Notes under the pieces: generated by a model
Database searches by the model: none
The model's input: the letters and a program-made list of their open reading frames with translations, nothing else
Told to the model about the DNA's origin: nothing
Virus record (IMG/VR): IMGVR_UViG_3300045988_054873
Direction: 5' to 3' (one strand)
Length of the DNA: 37,747 nucleotides
Source of the DNA: a virus
Shown here: positions 32,847-37,747 of the stretch, piece after piece
Numbering within the stretch: position 1 is the first letter of the stretch
Layout of the letters: the number at the start of each line of letters is the position of its first letter
Position numbers and translations under genes: made by a program

Positions 32847-33581
32847 TCACATACCTCCTATTCTCATTTGTGCGTTACACTCATTGATCTGTTCTTCCAG
32901 ATATCGAGGGAGTTCGTAGCAATCAATGAAATCATGCACATCTGCCAGATATTTCCTCTTGATACTCTTATAGGAAGATACCAGTCCGTACTCCCGTTTG
33001 ATCTGCGTGTAAATATCAGAAAATACCTGTCCTCTAACGCTACTGTCCTTGTATGCTTCGCTATCTTTGCCACCAAGGACGTTTACCACTCTCCGCTTTA
33101 CGTGCTTAGAAACCTCTTCAATTTCACAGCCGTACAGTGGCATATCGTTTTCCAGACTGTAAATCTTGTCTTCCACCTTATCTACACGCTCGTTCAATTC
33201 CGTGTTTCCCTGTGCAAGCAATTTAATCTGTTCAAATGTTGTCAGTTGCTTCTGATAACCTCCGGTCTTTCTAATCGCCGGAAGAACTTCACTTGTCACC
33301 CAGTGTTTAAATCTCTTTGCTGATTCCAACTTACTGCCGAAAATCAAAGCATATAAACCAGATTCGTTAATTACTGGCGTATTCTGCATTCTTCCGATGG
33401 AATCCTGAATTGGGACTTCATCTTTATCCTCTGAATCAACATGATCCTGAATAGCTTTTGTTGCTCTTTCATATCCCAAAGCTTCCGCTACGTCTTTTCC
33501 TATAAAATAAGTTTCATTATTAAGTTGTACAGTTCGGATTTCTCCAAACTCTTCATTATTAAAAATCTGTAAATCGTTCAT
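32847..33581 (-). CDS. Bro-N domain antirepressor-like protein
   Basis: 244 aa. MNDLQIFNNEEFGEIRTVQLNNETYFIGKDVAEALGY...RFKHWVTSEVLPAIRKTGGY is a Bro-N domain. The C-terminal domain is helical. Confidence 0.75.
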   Translation of the reverse strand: MNDLQIFNNEEFGEIRTVQLNNETYFIGKDVAEALGYERATKAIQDHVDSEDKDEVPIQDSIGRMQNTPVINESGLYALIFGSKLESAKRFKHWVTSEVLPAIRKTGGYQKQLTTFEQIKLLAQGNTELNERVDKVEDKIYSLENDMPLYGCEIEEVSKHVKRRVVNVLGGKDSEAYKDSSVRGQVFSDIYTQIKREYGLVSSYKSIKRKYLADVHDFIDCYELPRYLEEQINECNAQMRIGGM

Positions 33582-33592
33582 GGTACTCCTTT

Positions 33593-34030
33593 CTACATTC
33601 CAGCACCCCTAAATATAACTACCATCGAAGGAAATGGGGCTACGTTTTTACTATTCCCAAACTTCAAACGTCCCCTCAAGAATCTGATTTCTGAACGATG
33701 CTGGATATAGTCATGAAAATATCTTGTGTCTGTTCTTGCTGGTATCAACATAACAACAATCGTGTTATCTTTCGTGCCTTCTCTGTATGCCTTTTTAACC
33801 CAGTCTGTAATTGTTCTACCATACGGAGGATTGCAAAACACGCGATACCCACCCCAGTCCTTTGAAAGACCATCGTCTTCCTTCGTGAAATACTTTTCAC
33901 ACTTGTGATTCTGTTTGTCAGCGCAAGGATCAAGGTTGAAATGAAATTCCTGATCAAGTTCTTTGAAGAAGTCATCAGGTGTTGACCACTGATCCGTCTT
34001 GCTACTGTACATAACATTGATATTTGCCAT
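33593..34030 (-). CDS. dam: Phage Dam-type DNA N6-adenine methyltransferase
   Basis: 145 aa. ...DQWSTPDDFFKELDQEFHFNLDPCA...VFCNPPYG...ARTDTRYFH carries the NPPY catalytic motif. Confidence 0.8.
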   Translation of the reverse strand: MANINVMYSSKTDQWSTPDDFFKELDQEFHFNLDPCADKQNHKCEKYFTKEDDGLSKDWGGYRVFCNPPYGRTITDWVKKAYREGTKDNTIVVMLIPARTDTRYFHDYIQHRSEIRFLRGRLKFGNSKNVAPFPSMVVIFRGAGM

Positions 34031-34038
34031 TTTCCCTC

Positions 34039-34404
34039 CTAATCACCAATAAGTAACATAAGTGTTCCGGTTGGTGCTTCTCCCCTATGCATAAAGCATG
34101 GATCATTATAGTTATAACCAAATCTCTTATCGTATGTTTTTAGTTTAATCATCCATTCTTGTTCCCTTGTTGGATTCCTGTGATTGTGCTTATCTCCGGA
34201 TGCTCTTTCTTCGACAATCTCAAACACAAAATGATTTTCTCCATATTTGTTAAAATCTTCTTGCATTAGTTTATTGATATGCCTATTAGCTTTAAGATTA
34301 TTGATATGCAGTTTTTTACGGAATCTAGGTTTTGTAGTGCGTCCGACATAACACTTTCCATTTGATATACACTTTAATAGGTAAATGTATTCTGTCTCAT
34401 TCAT
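34039..34404 (-). CDS. GIY-YIG nuclease domain protein (catalytic domain only)
   Basis: ATG at 34404 (SD AAGGAGG), overlapping the cro-like stop. MNETEYIYLLKCISNGKCYVGRT...R...H...E...GYNYN. Confidence 0.7.
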   Translation of the reverse strand: MNETEYIYLLKCISNGKCYVGRTTKPRFRKKLHINNLKANRHINKLMQEDFNKYGENHFVFEIVEERASGDKHNHRNPTREQEWMIKLKTYDKRFGYNYNDPCFMHRGEAPTGTLMLLIGD

Positions 34405-34630
34405 CTTTCCCCACCTCCTTGTCCACAAACTCTGAAATATCAACGTCTAGGTATTTTGAAATAGCAACCATGACATCTACCTTCGGCTTGCTTTTATCTC
34501 TTTTCCAATCGGACAAAAGCATTGGAGAAAATTTCAAATCTGTTGCTACTCTGTAAGGCGTAATGCCTTTACTCTTAATGATTTTTTCAAAGCTTGAATA
34601 AGAGTGAGCATATTTCTTTTTTTCGCTCAA
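34397..34630 (-). CDS. Cro-like XRE-family HTH protein
   Basis: TTG start (SD AAAGGAG plus 8 nt). 77 aa. ...GITPYRVATDLKFSPMLLSDWKRDKSKPKVDVMVAISKYLDVDISEF. Confidence 0.75.
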   Translation of the reverse strand: MSEKKKYAHSYSSFEKIIKSKGITPYRVATDLKFSPMLLSDWKRDKSKPKVDVMVAISKYLDVDISEFVDKEVGKDE

Positions 34631-34645
34631 TTTCTATACTCCTTT

Positions 34646-34673
34646 CCTTAAAAATATATTGCTTTTATTAAGG
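34646..34673. promoter_or_regulatory. Operator-like palindrome CCTTAA-N16-TTAAGG
   Basis: CCTTAAAAATATATTGCTTTTATTAAGG. Overlaps the -35 of the plus-strand promoter. Confidence 0.45.
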
Positions 34674-34687
34674 AAAACCGTTATAAT
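34659..34687 (+). promoter_or_regulatory. Plus-strand promoter (toward the repressor gene)
   Basis: TTGCTT, 17 nt, TATAAT. Confidence 0.5.
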
Positions 34688-34757
34688 ACGAGTTGCCAAA
34701 CAAATTTATAACAAACCAAAAAAGCCTAGGTTTTAAAGTTTCCCTTAATCTAGGTCT

Positions 34758-34786
34758 AGTATATTATGCTTTTCCTTAAAAGTCAA
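34758..34786 (-). promoter_or_regulatory. Minus-strand promoter (toward the cro-like/early operon)
   Basis: Minus strand TTGACT (34786-34781), 17 nt, TATACT (34763-34758). Confidence 0.5.
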
Positions 34787-34800
34787 TAACATTTTTAAGG
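34774..34800. promoter_or_regulatory. Operator-like palindrome CCTTAAAA-N11-TTTTAAGG
   Basis: CCTTAAAAGTCAATAACATTTTTAAGG with perfect 8-bp arms. Overlaps the -35 of the minus-strand promoter. Confidence 0.5.
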
Positions 34801-34828
34801 TTTTCCATAATTTTTACAGGAGTATTTT

Positions 34829-35170
34829 ATGTACGAACGATATCAGAAATTACTAGACGAAAAAAATTTAAAAAATTCAGATGTTGCTAAAGGAAGTGGC
34901 GTATCTAATATGACTCTTTCTGATTGGAAACGAGGGAAAACCACACCCAAAACAGAAACCATTCAGAAAATTGCAGATTTTTTAGGCGTATCAGTAGACT
35001 ATCTTGTAAATGGCGAAGAAAAAGAAATATCAGCACCAGACCAGGCAGATTTATGGATAGCAATAAGAAAAGATAAGAAATTATTAGAAGCATTAGAAAA
35101 ATATATGAGCCTATCGGACAAAAAGAAAAAGCACGTCATTGATACGATAGACGTGCTTAGTGAAGAATAG
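34829..35170 (+). CDS. XRE-family HTH repressor-like protein (no S24 peptidase domain)
   Basis: 113 aa. ...LKNSDVAKGSGVSNMTLSDWKRGKTTPKTETIQKIADFLGVSVDYLV. The only plus-strand gene, divergent from the cro-like gene. Confidence 0.8.
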   Translation: MYERYQKLLDEKNLKNSDVAKGSGVSNMTLSDWKRGKTTPKTETIQKIADFLGVSVDYLVNGEEKEISAPDQADLWIAIRKDKKLLEALEKYMSLSDKKKKHVIDTIDVLSEE

Positions 35171-35265
35171 TATAAATTTTTGAATTAATATGTAAGTTAG
35201 TACAGGAAGTTGCCTATTATTAGACTTATTTTAAAAACAGTTTAAAATATGGTGGCTTTTTTGTG

Positions 35266-35577
35266 TTATTCATCATAGTCCTCCCGTATTATATCCTCAG
35301 TAATCTTGAAAATGTAAATAAGAATGTCTTTACGATTTACACTCTTAACCATTTCAACGATTTTGTTTCTGTACTCTTCTTTTTCGTCCACAAGAACCCC
35401 TCCCGAAAATCCGCACAACTTGATAGCGATAAAGTGATTATAGAACATTTGTTCGCTTATATCAAGAATTGACATAAGATTATCAGTAGTATAGTATAGA
35501 ATGTTAGTATGAGGGACGGAAGAAACGCCAATAACTACCGCCCCTCGCCAGAACTTGATATCCTCAACTGAGGACAT
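35266..35577 (-). CDS. Hypothetical protein (103 aa) in an AT-rich cargo region
   Basis: ORF with protein-like composition but no obvious SD. The antisense 69-aa ORF (35263..35472) is the alternative. Confidence 0.4.
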   Translation of the reverse strand: MSSVEDIKFWRGAVVIGVSSVPHTNILYYTTDNLMSILDISEQMFYNHFIAIKLCGFSGGVLVDEKEEYRNKIVEMVKSVNRKDILIYIFKITEDIIREDYDE

Positions 35578-35638
35578 CTATATTTTAGTACAGAAATCAT
35601 GTTTAGAAAAGGAAATTATATCGACAAAATATACATTA

Positions 35639-36073
35639 TTAAGGCTTAAATCTGTATTTTGGCTTTTCTTCTTTGAATAGCCAGTATCTAATATAATCAT
35701 CTAATACAATTCCTATTAAAGAAAGAAAATACCATATAGCGCAAAACGGCAAGCATATCTGACCAAGTATATTCAATGGCATATTGCTATAGTCCCAGAC
35801 GTGCCATCCAAAAATAATATTCACGATAAATCCGGTGATAAATTCCAGGCACGTTATAATAAGCGCACCGATCGCCATCTGTTTCCAGATAAGCATATCC
35901 CACTCTATATACTCGTTAATGCACCCTATAAGCCAAAAAGAAAGTCCACCCACAAGAAACATCGTCCAGTGCGTATAACCTCTGTATATGACCTCAATAG
36001 ACGTGTAGAGAAAGCCACCAATAGCAATAAGAATCAGTGGCTTTAAAACCCTACGCACGTGCTCTAGCAGCAT
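35639..36073 (-). CDS. Polytopic membrane protein (~4 TM), resembles the 'putative ABC-transporter type IV'/CmpB-like family
   Basis: 144 aa. ...GGFLYTSIEVIYRGYTHW...GWHVWDYSNMPLNILGQICLPFCAIWYFL. The WDYS...G.ICL motif is recalled from that family and is not verified. Confidence 0.55.
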   Translation of the reverse strand: MLLEHVRRVLKPLILIAIGGFLYTSIEVIYRGYTHWTMFLVGGLSFWLIGCINEYIEWDMLIWKQMAIGALIITCLEFITGFIVNIIFGWHVWDYSNMPLNILGQICLPFCAIWYFLSLIGIVLDDYIRYWLFKEEKPKYRFKP

Positions 36074-36815
36074 AAATATCTGCCAATACTTCTGACTGGT
36101 ACTCAGTAGGAATGTACATACCGTATGTCACGGATTCCACACTTTCTTTATCAGTCATGCTATTGATGTAAATTCTAAGGTCATGGAAGTATGTAACCTG
36201 AGTTGTTACAAACTCCAATGCTTTAGCGGTAATTAATGCCATGTCTGCGTTACTGTAATACTTACAGTGTTCAGAGTTATCAGAAGTATGCCATGGTATC
36301 TTTTCCTGTCCGTTCAGAACCAGTGTCTGCAATCCTAAGAGTGAGGTCTGGTCTTGATCTTTCAAATCAAATCTTTCAACCGTTCCGTCTGTCAACATAA
36401 CGTCAACGCCACTCTGAATCACTTGTTGTTGTTCACCGTTCATTTCCATGGTTTTCCAGTCTTTAAGTTCTTCAAGAGTAGGTTCTGGATCCGGCTCTGG
36501 TTCAGGAATCGGTTCTGGTTCTGGCATTTCTGGAATTGTAGGTTCGATGTATTCATATTCTTCACCTGGAATTTCTGTATATACGGAACCATCATTTGAA
36601 TACTGTACAGACTTAGCGTCTTTCTGGTAGACAGTTGTAAAACCATGGTAAGTATCACCGCCAATATCGTTCTTGCAATCTCCATCAAGGAAAAGGTCAA
36701 ATCCATCAGTTTTGACTACTGCTTTCTTTTCAAATTCAACAGATACTATATTTCCACAAGGCAATACAGAAGCCTTGTAGACCTCTGTATCACCAACATA
36801 TCTTAAATATGCCAT
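36051..36815 (-). CDS. Phage protein with a Pro/Glu linker and a DUF4376-like C-terminal domain
   Basis: 254 aa. PEMPEPEPIPEPEPDPEP linker. The C-terminus is ...ERFDLKDQDQTSLLGLQ...IPWHTSDNSEHCKYYSNADMALI... Confidence 0.55.
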   Translation of the reverse strand: MAYLRYVGDTEVYKASVLPCGNIVSVEFEKKAVVKTDGFDLFLDGDCKNDIGGDTYHGFTTVYQKDAKSVQYSNDGSVYTEIPGEEYEYIEPTIPEMPEPEPIPEPEPDPEPTLEELKDWKTMEMNGEQQQVIQSGVDVMLTDGTVERFDLKDQDQTSLLGLQTLVLNGQEKIPWHTSDNSEHCKYYSNADMALITAKALEFVTTQVTYFHDLRIYINSMTDKESVESVTYGMYIPTEYQSEVLADIYAARARA

Positions 36816-36823
36816 ACGTCCTC

Positions 36824-37747
36824 CTATCTGGTTTCAAACGCCTCAATACGTAATGCCTGACCGACTGTTCCAAGCGTTGATACTCCGTCAGCCTTTGTCC
36901 ACGGTGTCCATCCGTAGTCCTGAATGTGTGCACGGTATTCAAAATCGCCCTCAAAGCACAGACATTCAATCCGCTTGCTTTCTCCGGTTGTACCAATTAT
37001 GGTATCGGCAGTAACTACACCATAATCAACCCATCCGTCTGTCTGCATATGTGCTTTTGCTTTAATGGTATTTCCACACGGGTCAATCTGCAATGCTTCC
37101 ATCCGGTAACTCTTTCCAGTCGTACCTACTACACATCCATCCGGTACCCAGTCTTGCCATCCAACTTTCTGCGCGTGACCACGTACCACCAGTTTAGGCT
37201 TCTTGATCTCAATAGCTTCAAGCTGCTTATATTCTCCCGGCATACCAACAAGATCACCAGAGAATCCCCACTTACTCCATCCATAGGTTTTCTGATGTAC
37301 TCTGTATGCCAGTTTTGATGCACAGATCAGCTTTAATGCTTCAAGCCGTCTGCCCTCGCCTACTGTTCCAATGACCGTATTTTCATCAACATTTTCAAAC
37401 AACTTATCACCAATACCACGCATATGTACCAGTACATCCAGTTTTTCTGCAAACTTGATTTTCAGTGCTTCAAGTCTTCTACTCTGTCCGGTACTTCCTG
37501 CCATTTGTCCGTCACATTTCCAAGGCAACCATCCGGCTTTCCGGGCGTGCACCTGATAGGAAATCTTACCCTGTGTATCAGTCATATCCTGCATTGTTCC
37601 GGTGCTATCATTTACAGTACCATCTGCATCTTTTTTGGTGCTACCACCCCTGATTTCTGCCGGAAAGTCTCTGTATACCTCATTCATGTCTACTCTACCA
37701 TTAATTCCCGGAACAGAACCATCACTGGAATACTGCCAGATATCATA
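36824..37747 (-). CDS. Endolysin, 3' portion: linker + six ChW (clostridial hydrophobic-W) cell-wall-binding repeats (same gene as 1..594)
   Basis: Repeats of about 45 aa with the pattern Y-x-(V/A)-H-x-x-x-x-GW-x-x-W...G-T-x-G-x-x-x-R-(L/I/M)-E-A. Examples are ISYQVHARKAGWLPW...GSTGQSRRLEALKI and EYRAHIQDYGWTPW...GTVGQALRIEAFE. The Met at 37687 in the track is internal (residue 186). Confidence 0.85.
   Translation of the reverse strand, partial: YDIWQYSSDGSVPGINGRVDMNEVYRDFPAEIRGGSTKKDADGTVNDSTGTMQDMTDTQGKISYQVHARKAGWLPWKCDGQMAGSTGQSRRLEALKIKFAEKLDVLVHMRGIGDKLFENVDENTVIGTVGEGRRLEALKLICASKLAYRVHQKTYGWSKWGFSGDLVGMPGEYKQLEAIEIKKPKLVVRGHAQKVGWQDWVPDGCVVGTTGKSYRMEALQIDPCGNTIKAKAHMQTDGWVDYGVVTADTIIGTTGESKRIECLCFEGDFEYRAHIQDYGWTPWTKADGVSTLGTVGQALRIEAFETR
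37649..37747. repeat. Terminal direct repeat, identical to 1..99
   Basis: See 1..99. Confidence 0.95.

Larger units (their letters stand above)
1..37648. mobile_element. Complete circularly closed tailed-phage genome (siphovirus-like, long non-contractile tail module), unit length 37,648 bp
   Basis: Full set of phage modules (switch, replication/recombination, packaging, head, tail, lysis). The 99-bp terminal identity closes the circle and an ORF is in frame across the junction. Confidence 0.9.

Noticed and set aside
32664-33323. 219-aa plus-strand ORF
   Set aside because: It is antisense to the Bro-N antirepressor gene and to the micropeptide ORFs. It has no SD and a hydrophobic junk-like sequence.
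35171-35265. Possible attP or terminator between the converging repressor gene and the cargo ORF
   Set aside because: No integrase exists in the genome and I could not find a convincing inverted repeat or hairpin. The sequence GGTGGCTTTTTT has no upstream pairing partner.
35263-35472. 69-aa plus-strand ORF downstream of the repressor gene (GTG start, GGTGG 7 nt upstream)
   Set aside because: It has a plausible SD, but the product is low-complexity Phe/Ile/Asn-rich sequence typical of AT-rich antisense frames. The minus-strand ORF looks more protein-like. This call is uncertain, so the minus-strand ORF is given only 0.4 confidence.
1-37747. tRNA, rRNA or tmRNA genes
   Set aside because: The few non-coding gaps (785-1158, 20878-21013, 34631-34828, 35171-35265, 35578-35638) show no cloverleaf-compatible stems or conserved T-loop (GTTCGAATC-like) sequences by eye.

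Overview
The window is a complete, circularly closed genome (unit length 37,648 bp) of a siphovirus-type dsDNA phage, probably of a Clostridia/Firmicutes host. Bases 1-99 are identical to 37649-37747, and a GH25+ChW endolysin gene reads in frame across that junction. Every confidently called gene except one XRE repressor-like gene lies on the minus strand. Gene order in the minus-strand direction: (1) divergent XRE/Cro-like switch at 34.4-35.2 kb; (2) early genes: GIY-YIG nuclease, Dam-like MTase, Bro antirepressor, RecE-like exonuclease, RecT, a 9-aa-repeat protein, RusA-like resolvase, two HNH nucleases, SSB, replisome organizer, G39P-like loader and many small unknowns; (3) a sigma/ArpU-like late regulator; (4) terS, terL, portal and a MuF protein with an HExxH C-terminal extension, followed by a small moron; (5) Prp protease, scaffold and capsid; (6) connectors, major tail, G/GT chaperone, tape measure, Dit and Tal; (7) a membrane protein and holin, a 374-bp gap, a small ORF and the endolysin; (8) three cargo genes. 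No integrase, partition system, tRNA or CRISPR array was found. The observations most worth follow-up are listed here. (a) A type I toxin-antitoxin-like cassette sits between holin and endolysin. (b) A MuF-HExxH polymorphic-toxin-like fusion is followed by a coupled 60-aa ORF. (c) An early protein carries 19 near-identical 27-bp repeats that vary only in two codons. (d) A phage-encoded Prp protease is accompanied by L27-like LQxFA motifs on scaffold, capsid and major tail. (e) The switch region has paired 27-28 bp palindromes and apparently face-to-face promoters. All family assignments are from reading motifs by eye. No database search or computation was run.
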